Shown: positions 51,564 to 63,626, counted from the stretch's first letter. The stretch: 64,000 nt of DNA from a virus (IMGVR_UViG_2724679236_000008); one strand, 5' to 3'. Numbers and translations: made by a program. Notes: generated by a model from the letters alone, not told the origin.

Positions 51564-52667
51564 TTATTCCCACTCTTGCAGGAAACGCTGACCGTACTGG
51601 TCGGCTACCAGCAGTGCAGCATAAACCTGATCTGGCGTTGCGCCGCCAGGCATGTTGTGGATGGTTTCACCTTCTGCACATGCCGCTTCTGCGACAATCC
51701 GCATTTTCGCCGGGATATCTTCTTTAATATCCAGTTGTGCCAGGGTAATTGGCAGGCCGACAGCATGGCACAGCGCAGCTACGGTTTCGATTTCTTCAAC
51801 TGGTGCGTTTTCCAGAACCAGTTGCGTCAGCGTACCGAATGCCACTTTCTCACCGTGATAATAGTGATGCGCATCCGGAATGGCCGTCAGGCCATTGTGC
51901 ACCGCGTGCGCCGCCGCCAGGCCGCCGCTTTCAAAGCCCACGCCGCTCAAATAGGTGTTAGCTTCAATCACACGTTCCAGCGCCGGAGTCACCACATGCT
52001 GTTCAGCGGCAAGCATCGCTTTTTCGCCTTCTTCCAGCAGGGTGTTGTAGCACAGTTCAGCCAGAGCCAGTGCTGCCTGAGTACATTTACCGCCCGCCAT
52101 CGTGGTTGCGCCGCTGCGGGAACAGGCACGTGCTTCAAACCAGGTTGCCAACGCATCGCCAATACCCGCCGCTAACAGACGTGCAGGTGCGCCAGCAACA
52201 ATTTTGGTATCCACAATGACGCGTTCCGGGTTGTTTGGCAGCATCAGATAACGTTCAAACTCACCATCATCGGTGTAGATAACGGAAAGGGCGCTGCAAG
52301 GTGCGTCGGTTGAGGCAATGGTTGGGGCAACTGCAACAGGAACGCCCATAAAGTGTGCCAGTGCTTTGGCTGTATCGAGGGTTTTACCTCCGCCGATTCC
52401 CAGAATTGCGCTACACTGAGCATTCTCTGCAATACCCCGCAGACGATCGATTTCATTTTGCGAACATTCACCGCCGAACGGGGCAATTTCTACCTCTATC
52501 CCAGCATCTTTAAAACTTTTCTCAATATTAGTTTGAGCAAAACCTAACACAAATTTGTCACCTACCACCAACCAATGTTCTGCCAGCGGTTTCAGGTATT
52601 CACCCAGGCGATTAATGACATCTGCGCCTTGGATGTATTTACCCGGTGATTGAATGATGCGGTCCAT
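51564..52667 (-). CDS. gldA: glycerol dehydrogenase GldA (iron-containing alcohol dehydrogenase family, 367 aa), host-like
   Basis: Full-length, essentially colinear with E. coli GldA as I recall it ([30 protein letters not shown]...GIGGGKTLD...[11 protein letters not shown]); own SD AAAGGAG. Confidence 0.9.
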   Translation of the reverse strand: MDRIIQSPGKYIQGADVINRLGEYLKPLAEHWLVVGDKFVLGFAQTNIEKSFKDAGIEVEIAPFGGECSQNEIDRLRGIAENAQCSAILGIGGGKTLDTAKALAHFMGVPVAVAPTIASTDAPCSALSVIYTDDGEFERYLMLPNNPERVIVDTKIVAGAPARLLAAGIGDALATWFEARACSRSGATTMAGGKCTQAALALAELCYNTLLEEGEKAMLAAEQHVVTPALERVIEANTYLSGVGFESGGLAAAHAVHNGLTAIPDAHHYYHGEKVAFGTLTQLVLENAPVEEIETVAALCHAVGLPITLAQLDIKEDIPAKMRIVAEAACAEGETIHNMPGGATPDQVYAALLVADQYGQRFLQEWE

Positions 52668-52738
52668 AATTGCTCCTTTAGAGATGAGTTATGCTAAATG
52701 TTTTGTTATTCCCGGATGACCTTCTGTATATATCTTAA

Positions 52739-52757
52739 GTCAACATTATAAGTTGAC
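52739..52757. promoter_or_regulatory. perfect palindrome GTCAAC-ATTATAA-GTTGAC in the gldA upstream region
   Basis: 19-bp dyad, 70 nt upstream of gldA start. Confidence 0.3.
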
Positions 52758-52969
52758 GCCAATATTCCGTAGAAGAGATGTTACTTCGCGAGCAGTATGA
52801 CTCCATAGGTTTCTGAGACGTTACTTTGCATATGATATTGCTGAGGCAAATACATTCAATGCCGCATTTTGTGAGATTTTAAGCCAATCTACATCACCAT
52901 TAGGTAAGAGTATCTTTTTTTGGTGGTGATGGCGCAATGTATCAGTGGACAGCATAAGGTGTAACAGGG

Positions 52970-54658
52970 ATGTGTTTGAACGATCATACAGTTATGGCCA
53001 CCAGCAGCGGCTACATCGGTGTGGCACCGTATACCCGCTTGCTATTACATCAGGCATCCGGCATCAAAGATATTATTCACCTGATCAGGCTGCTTTCCCG
53101 TACAGATCCCCAGGATGAACAGCTTGTTCAAGTGCTTGCGCATTTTGTCCGAATGCCTGTTGCCGACGTGAAAAAATGGTGCCGATTATTCGGTATCAGC
53201 AATTCGTTACTTCGCGGATTGTTAAATCACGCATCCTCCCTTGGGCGCGACGGATTTGATGAGATAGCGCAGGCGATAAAAAACGGAGATATGCCACCAG
53301 CTATTGACTGGTTTTCCATTCGCCCAACCAGGGTGAAAGCATTCCTTAGTGCGGCGCAATCAGCATCACCATTGGCAGAAATGGTTCAGAGGTTGTCGCT
53401 CATATTCACAGATCATACCGCGTTCGGTGATCTGGCTCTGGACGAGATGAAAGAAGCCTCCATTCAGTGGGCCGATCAACAAAATGAGGTTAACTCAGAC
53501 TTCTTGCCAGCATTCAGGAAGGCCGTTAGTAAAGCGGATGATGCCCGTGGAATTCTGAAGGCATTTAAGGCATTGCAAAGTCGGGTTAATAAACATGTCG
53601 GTGATATCGATGGGGTAACGGCGGAAGGCAGGGATATCCTTAAAGAGCACGGCATAACGCCAGAGTTTATTGATGAGATCAGGACGGATATGCAGCGTGA
53701 GGTCGTATCGTCTCTGCAAATCGTAGCCAGGGCGTTGGCGGATGCTAATCCGAAGAGTGCGGCCATTGTTAACCGGGTTATTGGTGATATTGAAGCATCT
53801 GAGGGCATGGGGGCACTGAAACTCTTCCTTTCGCGAGCGTTTAATCCTAACGGCAATATTCTCCCTGGCATTATTGGTGAGGCTAAAAAGTATGTCAGCG
53901 AAGAAGAACTTGAGCATCTTGACCAACTACTTAAGCGATTCTCATATAACCCGCAGACACGCTGGCAAATGAATCAGCGAAGTATGGGGTCGGTCCACGA
54001 GAAAGTGTTATCTGCCATGAACAGTGCGATCGCCAACTCATCCGTATCTGAAGAAAAAGCTCTTGAGTGGGCCGACTCTTTTATCACGGAAGAAGTGGAA
54101 GAAGCCCGCGCTGGACAGAATGGTGGGATAGACCTGCGCAAGGAACTTGCTGATATTTATCGCCTGACCGGCGGGAAAATATCGACCTTATCAAAGGTAG
54201 TTCACCACCAGGGAAGGGCATATGCAAATCTAAATGGTGTTGTTGCTGTCAATTTGAACGATGAAAATGCAAGTGCACTGTGGCACGAGCTGGGTCATCA
54301 TCTTGAGTACAGTAACCCTGGTTTGTTAGAGAAAGCCCGGTCATTCCTGAAGGCCAATGTTGAAGGGGATAAACCATCTTTCGTTAATATCGGTGGGCGT
54401 GGCAAGCCTGAATGGTGCTTCAGATCTCAATTGAGTAATATTTATATGGCGAAGGTATACCCGCCAGTCTCAGTAAGTAACACCGGGAAAATTCGGCAGA
54501 AATCACCGACTATTTCCAAAACGTCAGCAACGGAAGTATTCTCTATGGCTCTTCAGTTGTATCATGACAAAGAGGCCGCTGCCGCATCACTGATGAATGG
54601 TGACGGATTGCTGGAACTGTTATTAGGTGTGGCAAAGGAGCTAAATAATGCAGATTAA
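52970..54658 (+). CDS. HExxH-motif protein, putative zinc metallopeptidase-like effector (562 aa)
   Basis: WHELGHHLEY at about residue 455; otherwise no recognisable family; occupies the position after the DdrA-like gene. Confidence 0.55.
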   Translation: MCLNDHTVMATSSGYIGVAPYTRLLLHQASGIKDIIHLIRLLSRTDPQDEQLVQVLAHFVRMPVADVKKWCRLFGISNSLLRGLLNHASSLGRDGFDEIAQAIKNGDMPPAIDWFSIRPTRVKAFLSAAQSASPLAEMVQRLSLIFTDHTAFGDLALDEMKEASIQWADQQNEVNSDFLPAFRKAVSKADDARGILKAFKALQSRVNKHVGDIDGVTAEGRDILKEHGITPEFIDEIRTDMQREVVSSLQIVARALADANPKSAAIVNRVIGDIEASEGMGALKLFLSRAFNPNGNILPGIIGEAKKYVSEEELEHLDQLLKRFSYNPQTRWQMNQRSMGSVHEKVLSAMNSAIANSSVSEEKALEWADSFITEEVEEARAGQNGGIDLRKELADIYRLTGGKISTLSKVVHHQGRAYANLNGVVAVNLNDENASALWHELGHHLEYSNPGLLEKARSFLKANVEGDKPSFVNIGGRGKPEWCFRSQLSNIYMAKVYPPVSVSNTGKIRQKSPTISKTSATEVFSMALQLYHDKEAAAASLMNGDGLLELLLGVAKELNNAD

Positions 54659-54968
54659 AATCGCAGCGCCATTAGGCGGAGATGCCATTATCGAATTTGA
54701 TGATAATGAAGAAGTTTCCGGGCGTTTAAGCATTATCTCCGGTGACATTACCGAGGACATGATCGCTGAAGCCATAGCTGGGGCAAATCCCAATAGCTAT
54801 ATGGGATTCGTTAACACCCTTGATGCTCCCGCAAGTGATGTTCTCCGAACGCTGCATCTTTACGCTGGCTGGTTTGTTGATTGGCCAGCAGTAGATGGTG
54901 GCGATGAGGATGATGATGACGATGAAGAGGGTTTTAGTGATGAAGCAGTCAACCAACTCTTGTATTGA
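54648..54968 (+). CDS. hyper-acidic small protein (106 aa), coupled to the HExxH protein
   Basis: 11-nt overlap with upstream gene; C-terminus DGGDEDDDDDEEGFSDEAVNQLLY; about 25 acidic versus 5 basic residues. Confidence 0.5.
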   Translation: MQIKIAAPLGGDAIIEFDDNEEVSGRLSIISGDITEDMIAEAIAGANPNSYMGFVNTLDAPASDVLRTLHLYAGWFVDWPAVDGGDEDDDDDEEGFSDEAVNQLLY

Positions 54969-55171
54969 CAGGAATTGGCATAGAATTGATTGTTCAAATT
55001 TCATCCATCACATAGACGACTTCATGTTATTTGCCTGATAATTATGGCTTTAATAACCCATGTATATCTTTTGGGTTATATTCTTATCTTTAACAAGGTT
55101 ATAAGAGCGACAATGATAAATTTATCACTATCGCTCTTATAACTCTTTGTTAGCTATAGCTTTAAACAAAT

Positions 55172-55459
55172 TTAGTTTTGAGGCAATGCAACAAAAGTCA
55201 GCTCTTGATCTTTGATTAATGCTTTTGTTTGTTTGGATGTAATTCCCACTTTAGTTTTTACATCATTGTGGAGCTTCTTATACGCTTTTATTTCATCTGC
55301 TGTATATCGGAAGCCATTTGCACTGTTACTGGACAGTTGAAGTGCGATTACGTCATCACTGACACCCGCATCGCTTAGCTTAGCTATGCGGGTAATAGTG
55401 TGGCCTGCGCGAGTGTTTGGGGTGGATATTTTGTCTAAGAAATTGTTCAGTTTTGCCAT
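55172..55459 (-). CDS. hypothetical protein (95 aa)
   Basis: ORF track; flanked by AT-rich intergenic DNA. Confidence 0.45.
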   Translation of the reverse strand: MAKLNNFLDKISTPNTRAGHTITRIAKLSDAGVSDDVIALQLSSNSANGFRYTADEIKAYKKLHNDVKTKVGITSKQTKALIKDQELTFVALPQN

Positions 55460-55677
55460 TGTTTACAACCTCTTACTTGAGTTTATTGCAAGTAGAATTG
55501 CTACTATTTTTTTGCCTCAACGAATCACAATGTACTGGAATAAGAAACTATGAGCAATACTTACGCTTTGCGAATACAGAAGATGAATAATCAACTTATT
55601 ACTAAAATGTTAATAATATTATTCTGTTACATAGTGTTCGCTATAACAATCGGGAGTTGAATGCTAATTCAATAAAT

Positions 55678-55707
55678 AAAGAACCCGCCAATTGGCGGGT
55701 TCTTTTT
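55678..55707. terminator. rho-independent terminator (bidirectional) after the 262-aa gene
   Basis: AAAGAACCCGCC-AATT-GGCGGGTTCTTTTT perfect hairpin with flanking A/T runs; overlaps stop codon of 55706-56494. Confidence 0.65.
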
Positions 55708-56494
55708 AATCACTTTCCACTTCTTCCGTGGTGTTTTCTTGCAGTTCTGTTAATGCAGCACGACACAGGTTCCGGGCCTTGGCTATAGCCACACTTTTTA
55801 CCTCATCCGTCATTGTGCAGGTAATGTACTGATCGAGTTCTTCAGCTCGGATGATGCTTTTCCCAATCATAAACTCTATTTGCCAGAGCAGATCGGCATC
55901 CATCGTCAGTATTTCAGCCTGGCCTTCTGGGCCTGCGGGGAAGCAAACATAAGACTGTTTGCCCAGGCCGATAACTCGACAACTTGCTTCAAGAATTGCG
56001 CGCTTGAGATCTGACTTTGTAACGGAAACAGGTTGGTTTTCACCTGTGATTACACCGTTGACATGGACGTGGAAGGGCATGTAGCTTGAAATACGCTCTA
56101 CTTTCCACACGCCAGCAAGCGATCCTTCATGCAGCACAATGGGGGTAACCGCGAGCTTCATCTCACCATATAACTGCTGGCAGATAGCTGGGTTGCTGAA
56201 TACATCCAAAGGCTCACATTCAAACAGCGGCGCAATCTGCATGAGGTCCATCATGGTCATCCCTGGGGTACGAGCAGTAATGAATTTGCGCATGCCAGTA
56301 TCCATTGTTCGCCAGATAGCCACACCATGTTTTTTGCTCACTTCTTCAGTAAAGCCAAGGTGGCACATGATGGTTTTTTCGATAGCCAGATCGGAGATAG
56401 AAACCTTTTCGCCAGGTACACCATCATTATTGATGGTTACTTCGACGTTCTGGCCATTACGCAGGCGGTATTGAATTGCTTTAGTATTTTTCAC
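55706..56494 (-). CDS. hypothetical protein (262 aa)
   Basis: ORF track; 7-nt gap to upstream gene on the same strand. Confidence 0.5.
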   Translation of the reverse strand: MKNTKAIQYRLRNGQNVEVTINNDGVPGEKVSISDLAIEKTIMCHLGFTEEVSKKHGVAIWRTMDTGMRKFITARTPGMTMMDLMQIAPLFECEPLDVFSNPAICQQLYGEMKLAVTPIVLHEGSLAGVWKVERISSYMPFHVHVNGVITGENQPVSVTKSDLKRAILEASCRVIGLGKQSYVCFPAGPEGQAEILTMDADLLWQIEFMIGKSIIRAEELDQYITCTMTDEVKSVAIAKARNLCRAALTELQENTTEEVESD

Positions 56495-56500
56495 GTTAAA

Positions 56501-57202
56501 TTACTCCACTACAAACCAGTCACATGCCAGCAGGTCACCTACAGAAGGCATCCATGGAACAACTACACCTTGTGCATTTTTCAAAACGAAATGCGCACCA
56601 TAAGGAGCAAGAGGAGAGTCGAAATTGATTTCAAGCTCTCCGTTTGCGGCATGTTTTATAGGGGTTAGTCTTGAAGCACCCTGTTTGTCAGGAACCAGCC
56701 AGCAGAATTGGTTTTCGCCGTTCCACCCGCGTCGAGCAACTTTCTTGCCATCCTTCAGCCACATCAGCGCGTCAGAAAAGTCGGCTGCTTCAAGGTCGAT
56801 TTCTTCTTGCTGGGGGGTGATGCCACCAGCAGAAATAGTTACGCTCCCGGTAAGATTAATACTCATTCCTTTGCCATCAGTAATAATGACTGTTGTTTCA
56901 TTTTCGGAGATGTCATTAATTCGACTAAAGCCATCTTTAAATGTTTTTTCTGATAAATAGGACAAATATCCGTCCTCATAAACGACCAAATACCCGCCAC
57001 TTTGTGGTCGGTGTTCTTGTAGAAACATTGCATCTACATGAACCACGTCCTCTTTTGGTTCAACGATTTGAATGATGCCAAAAAGTGGCTCATCAATTAC
57101 TCCGCAAATAGAAACATTTTTTATTTTCGATGCGCTAACGATTTTGTGGGCTTTGTATTTTGGAAGGGTCTTAAAAAGCTCTTTCGTTGCTATGCTAGTC
57201 AT
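56501..57202 (-). CDS. two-domain protein with C-terminal DUF2829 (Tad2-like) domain (233 aa from ATG 57202; ORF-track start 57370)
   Basis: C-terminus FSDALMWLKDGKKVARRGWNGENQFCWLV...VVVPWMPSVGDLLACDWFVVE fits the DUF2829 pattern; SD GAGGAAAG before ATG 57202. Confidence 0.5.
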   Translation of the reverse strand: MTSIATKELFKTLPKYKAHKIVSASKIKNVSICGVIDEPLFGIIQIVEPKEDVVHVDAMFLQEHRPQSGGYLVVYEDGYLSYLSEKTFKDGFSRINDISENETTVIITDGKGMSINLTGSVTISAGGITPQQEEIDLEAADFSDALMWLKDGKKVARRGWNGENQFCWLVPDKQGASRLTPIKHAANGELEINFDSPLAPYGAHFVLKNAQGVVVPWMPSVGDLLACDWFVVE

Positions 57203-57399
57203 AGTCTTTCCTCTGCTTAAAACCTGATGTATTGCGCCTTCAGGTGGGTCAAGAATGTTTTCCCACCAGCGAAAGCAATATCTCGGGGTGTTCTTTTCGT
57301 GAAAAGCGCGTGCCATTGCCAACTTTGGCGTTTGTTTGCGAGTTCGTGCTTTTGTCGGCGTCTGGACCACCGCTTTTCTTTCAGTCGTTTTTTACACAT

Positions 57400-57888
57400 T
57401 CAAAACGGAATATCGTCGTCAAAGTCCATTGGAGGTTCGTTATTGGCGTTGCTCTGAGGTTTACCGCCGCCACTGTATTGCTGGTGGTTTTGAGGTTGGT
57501 TTGATTGCCCCCAGCCATTTGAGGACTGTGAATCGTCACGGCGAGCGCCGATCATTTGCATGGTGCCGCCCTGGCTGACGATAATTTCCGTCGTGTAACG
57601 TTCTACACCGGCGTCATCTGTCCACTTACGGGTTTTAAGTTTCCCTTCGATGTAGACCTGAGAACCTTTTCGTAAATACTCACTCGCAATTTCAGCAAGT
57701 TTTCCGAACAAAACGACTTTATGCCATTCTGTTTGCTCTTTCTGTTGGCCTGTTTGCTTGTCGCGCCATGATTCATTCGTTGCGATGCTGAGTCTTCCGA
57801 CTGCGCCGCCATTTGGTATATACCTGATCTCCGGGTCTTGCCCCAGGGTACCAATCAGGATGACTTTGTTTACACCGCGTTGTGCCAC
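57400..57888 (-). CDS. ssb: single-stranded DNA-binding protein (162 aa)
   Basis: OB-fold N-terminus [23 protein letters not shown], Gly/Gln-rich linker, acidic tail DFDDDIPF. Confidence 0.9.
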   Translation of the reverse strand: MAQRGVNKVILIGTLGQDPEIRYIPNGGAVGRLSIATNESWRDKQTGQQKEQTEWHKVVLFGKLAEIASEYLRKGSQVYIEGKLKTRKWTDDAGVERYTTEIIVSQGGTMQMIGARRDDSQSSNGWGQSNQPQNHQQYSGGGKPQSNANNEPPMDFDDDIPF

Positions 57889-57907
57889 TTATCTTACCTA
57901 ATAAAAT

Positions 57908-57924
57908 AAATTAATTAGAGCAAT
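57908..57924. promoter_or_regulatory. C1-type operator variant AAATTAATTAGAGCAAT between ssb and lyz
   Basis: 1 mismatch to consensus; in divergent intergenic region. Confidence 0.5.
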
Positions 57925-57947
57925 AATGTATATCTTTGAAACGTAGC

Positions 57948-57969
57948 TAACAAGTGATTTGCATTATCC
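57948..57969 (+). promoter_or_regulatory. late-promoter-like motif variant TAACAAGTGATttgcaTTATCC upstream of lyz
   Basis: AACAAGTGA core shared with the other motif copies. Confidence 0.3.
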
Positions 57970-58057
57970 TGTGCCTTCTAAAGGGATCGAGTCAGTCGGT
58001 ATTGGCTGTGAATGGGTGTTTGTCCTGGAGCGTAAAAAATTCGCTTATGAGGTCTTT

Positions 58058-58615
58058 ATGAAGGGAAAAACAGCCGCAGGAGGCGGTGCAATTTGCGCTA
58101 TCGCGGTGATGATTACCATCGTGATGGGGAATGGCAATGTGCGAACCAACCAGGCGGGGCTTGAGCTTATCGGAAACGCTGAAGGTTGCCGACGTGATCC
58201 ATACATGTGCCCGGCGGGTGTATGGACTGACGGGATTGGTAATACACACGGGGTAACGCCAGGCGTGCGAAAAACCGACCAGCAAATCGCCGCTGATTGG
58301 GAAAAGAATATCCTGTTCGCTGAACGCTGTATTAACCAGCACTTTCGGGGTAAAGACATGCCCGATAATGCCTTCAGCGCAATGACAAGCGCGGCATTCA
58401 ATATGGGATGCAATAGTTTACGGACCTACTACAGCAAAGCGCGAGGCATGCGAGTCGAAACCTCCATCCACAAGTGGGCGCAGAAAGGGGAATGGGTGAA
58501 TATGTGTAACCATCTCCCTGATTTCGTGAACAGTAACGGCGTCCCCCTGCCCGGATTAAAGATTCGCCGTGAAAAAGAACGCCAGCTTTGCCTGACGGGG
58601 CTGGTCAATGAATAA
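58058..58615 (+). CDS. lyz: endolysin (lysozyme), probable SAR-type with N-terminal signal-anchor (185 aa)
   Basis: Weakly hydrophobic Gly/Ala-rich N-terminus AAGGGAICAIAVMITIVMG followed by lysozyme motif ELIGNAEGCRRDPYMCPAGVWTDGIGNTHG; SD GAGG before ATG 58058. Confidence 0.75.
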   Translation: MKGKTAAGGGAICAIAVMITIVMGNGNVRTNQAGLELIGNAEGCRRDPYMCPAGVWTDGIGNTHGVTPGVRKTDQQIAADWEKNILFAERCINQHFRGKDMPDNAFSAMTSAAFNMGCNSLRTYYSKARGMRVETSIHKWAQKGEWVNMCNHLPDFVNSNGVPLPGLKIRREKERQLCLTGLVNE

Positions 58616-58873
58616 ACTCCGGCAGCTCCGCCGACTTTCGACAATGAAGTTATCGCTGGCGGCGATAGTTTTCGACTCGATTTTCATGGCGGTATATGTG
58701 CTCAATGAGACGTGGCCACTGGAACCGCTATTATATGCCGGGCTTCGGCTGTGCCTGACATTTTTGAGCATGGCTGCAAGATTGATGCAGCAGAAAGAAA
58801 CCGCTTCAGATTGCCCACGTCGCGCGGTGCGCAAATATATGGCACGCAGGCGAAGGCGATAATAGTTAACGAG

Positions 58874-58901
58874 AACCCCGGCAGCCGCCGGGGTTATTTT
58901 T
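58874..58901 (+). terminator. rho-independent terminator downstream of lyz
   Basis: AACCCCGGC-AGC-CGCCGGGGTT followed by ATTTTTGG. Confidence 0.55.
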
Positions 58902-58906
58902 GGTGG

Positions 58907-61637
<2,731 letters not shown>

Positions 61638-61703
61638 TTAATTAGAGTAATTCGCATCGTGTTTGAACGGAATTTAACACTAGTCACTTGTTAAGGATTA
61701 CCA

Positions 61704-61904
61704 ATGAAAAAGCTATATGCGGGAGTGTTTCGCTGTTCAAGTGTCAGCGAAATATTGAAATACATTAGGGCAATAACATCTCATAGAGCGCCGATTAGAT
61801 ACGGCGTGGAAAAGGTGGAAGGCAAAAGCTATGACCGGCTGCGTTGGGAGGCGAATCAAAAGGCGATAGATTTGCTGAATTTCTTGGTGTTAATCGTGTA
61901 TTAA
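61704..61904 (+). CDS. small hypothetical protein (66 aa)
   Basis: SD AAGGATT before ATG; lies at the transition from phage genes to the AT-rich fimbrial region. Confidence 0.35.
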   Translation: MKKLYAGVFRCSSVSEILKYIRAITSHRAPIRYGVEKVEGKSYDRLRWEANQKAIDLLNFLVLIVY

Positions 61905-62270
61905 CCGCACAGAGCAGTGCCTTGCGAGAGTAACAGTTCAGCACGAATATGACGCGCAGTTTTTTCACTGTTACTCATAGCTGAACTTGATCCCATCAGA
62001 GCGCCACCGCAGCGCTAGAGGTCTTTTGTTCCGAGAAAAATGTTCAAGAAGTAATGCATTCATTACATTCCATTTTTTCAATTTTATATTGGCCAGAACG
62101 TTATTCCTTGTTTTGGCTGGATAATAGAAAGTCAAAATACCGCAATATGCGTATTTCATAACTTGACCAAATATTAACAGACTAATAATTAATGTTCTAG
62201 TTGTGTGTGGAAAGGGTTAATTACCTCCCTTATTATTTATGATAATAATGAATATTTGTTTAACTTATAT

Positions 62271-62291
62271 GTTTGTGTTTGTGTTTGTGTT
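62271..62291. repeat. hexanucleotide tandem repeat (GTTTGT)x3.5
   Basis: gtttgtgtttgtgtttgtgtt in AT-rich regulatory DNA upstream of the fimbrial regulator gene. Confidence 0.5.
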
Positions 62292-62625
62292 GAAGTGGTC
62301 GCAGATTTAATTATCGATGATAAGGTTTATATGTTTGGGTTTTTTATAAAAAATCTAAACAATATTCTGCGTTTAAAAAAAACGATAAAAGATCGATTTT
62401 ATTGGTTGCTACATCATTTTATCTTGATGATAACCGTATTGTTTGGTGTTTTGTGCTGGTTTTGTTTTATGGATTGGTTTTTTGTTTTGGTTGTTGTCTG
62501 TGTATTGGCGAAAAAGATCGTTAATAAGGTATTGAACAGAATTTGATGCTGAATAAAATAGCGCACAAATTTCATATGACGTATTTCTCTTGGTTTTGAA
62601 AGTAGGAAAACAGTAGGGGAATATA

Positions 62626-62913
62626 ATGTCTAACTATAGTAGTATTGATTCTTCTAACTATCGGTGGGACGGTAACTCTTTTATTATAGGAGGGGGCTCT
62701 CTCTCAAGTGAGCAGTTTGATTTGTTAGTTGAGCTTTCTTCAATTCACAGTAAAAAGGTTATTTTGGCCATGCACGACCATCTTGTTCTGGGAGATTCGC
62801 GTAAGGTTGTGTGCGAAAGGTATGGGGTTAATGCTGGTTATTTGAGTGTATGTATCGGGCGCCTACTTAGAGTTGAAAGAAACGTGTCAAAACTAGTTAG
62901 ATTTTATTGCTGA
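62626..62913 (+). CDS. PapB/FanA-family fimbrial operon transcriptional regulator (95 aa)
   Basis: LVELSSIHSKKVILAMHDHLVLGDSRKVVCERYGVNAGYLSVCIGRLLRVERNV resembles the PapB-family core. Confidence 0.65.
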   Translation: MSNYSSIDSSNYRWDGNSFIIGGGSLSSEQFDLLVELSSIHSKKVILAMHDHLVLGDSRKVVCERYGVNAGYLSVCIGRLLRVERNVSKLVRFYC

Positions 62914-63094
62914 TGACAATGATAAACGTAATCTTAGTATAACGAATTAATGTTGTACGTATATTTCTTGGGTGTATATAGATGGGGTGGCGTTATTTTC
63001 TTTTTTTTAGGGAGAAAGTAGCGACACATCATTATATGTGTCCTGTAATTTCATACTCGATTAATTGAGTTCAGTAATCACGGAGTTTTATAAC

Positions 63095-63604
63095 ATGAAA
63101 AAATTAATGGTTGCTTCTGCAATTGCAATGATCATGGCAGCAGGTTCTGCAATGGCGTCCCAGGGAGATGTTAAGTTCTTTGGTAACGTAACTGAAGTTA
63201 CCTGTGATGTAACTCCGGAAGTTGGTGGTACTGTTACTGATCTGGTTCAGCTGGGTACTGTAGAAAAAGGCGGTACTGGAGATGAAGTTGATCTGGTAAT
63301 TAAAGCAACTAGTGCTGCAGGAGGTTGTGCTCAGCTGACAGGAAAAACAGCATCCATTGCATGGAGTGGCAATTTGACTACGGATGGTATTGGCGCTCAG
63401 GGAGGGCTGGCGCAAGATGCTTATGTTATTCTGAAACCTGCAAATGGTAATGATGATACTGCTATCACTTCTGCTGATTATGTAGCTGATTTTGATGCAA
63501 CAAAAGCTACTACGGATGGTTTTAAATTTACCGCTCAGCTGAAAGGTGGTAATACTCCAGGTGACTTCCAGTCTGCGGCGGCTTACGCAGTTACTTACAA
63601 GTAA
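63095..63604 (+). CDS. chaperone-usher fimbrial major subunit (pilin), 169-aa precursor
   Basis: Signal peptide MKKLMVASAIAMIMAAGSAMA, conserved Cys pair (TCDV...GGCAQ), C-terminal beta-strand ending VTYK; SD ACGGAG. Confidence 0.7.
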   Translation: MKKLMVASAIAMIMAAGSAMASQGDVKFFGNVTEVTCDVTPEVGGTVTDLVQLGTVEKGGTGDEVDLVIKATSAAGGCAQLTGKTASIAWSGNLTTDGIGAQGGLAQDAYVILKPANGNDDTAITSADYVADFDATKATTDGFKFTAQLKGGNTPGDFQSAAAYAVTYK

Positions 63605-63626
63605 TTCCTGAACTTTATCTCCTTTT

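Noticed and set aside
51528-52175. Plus-strand 215-aa ORF
   Set aside because: Lies entirely antisense to the full-length gldA reading frame; Cys/Arg-rich shadow translation.
57217-57399. 60-aa highly basic minus-strand ORF starting immediately after ssb stop, and the N-terminal 56 residues of the 289-aa ORF-track product
   Set aside because: Two frames compete here and neither has a ribosome-binding site; the ATG at 57202 with a strong SD is the more credible start of the DUF2829 gene. The small ORF is left unresolved.
62205-62546. 113-aa ORF in AT-rich DNA
   Set aside because: Contains the GTTTGT repeat as CVCVCV, is Phe/Leu/Val-rich as expected from AT-rich non-coding sequence, and has no SD; likely regulatory DNA.
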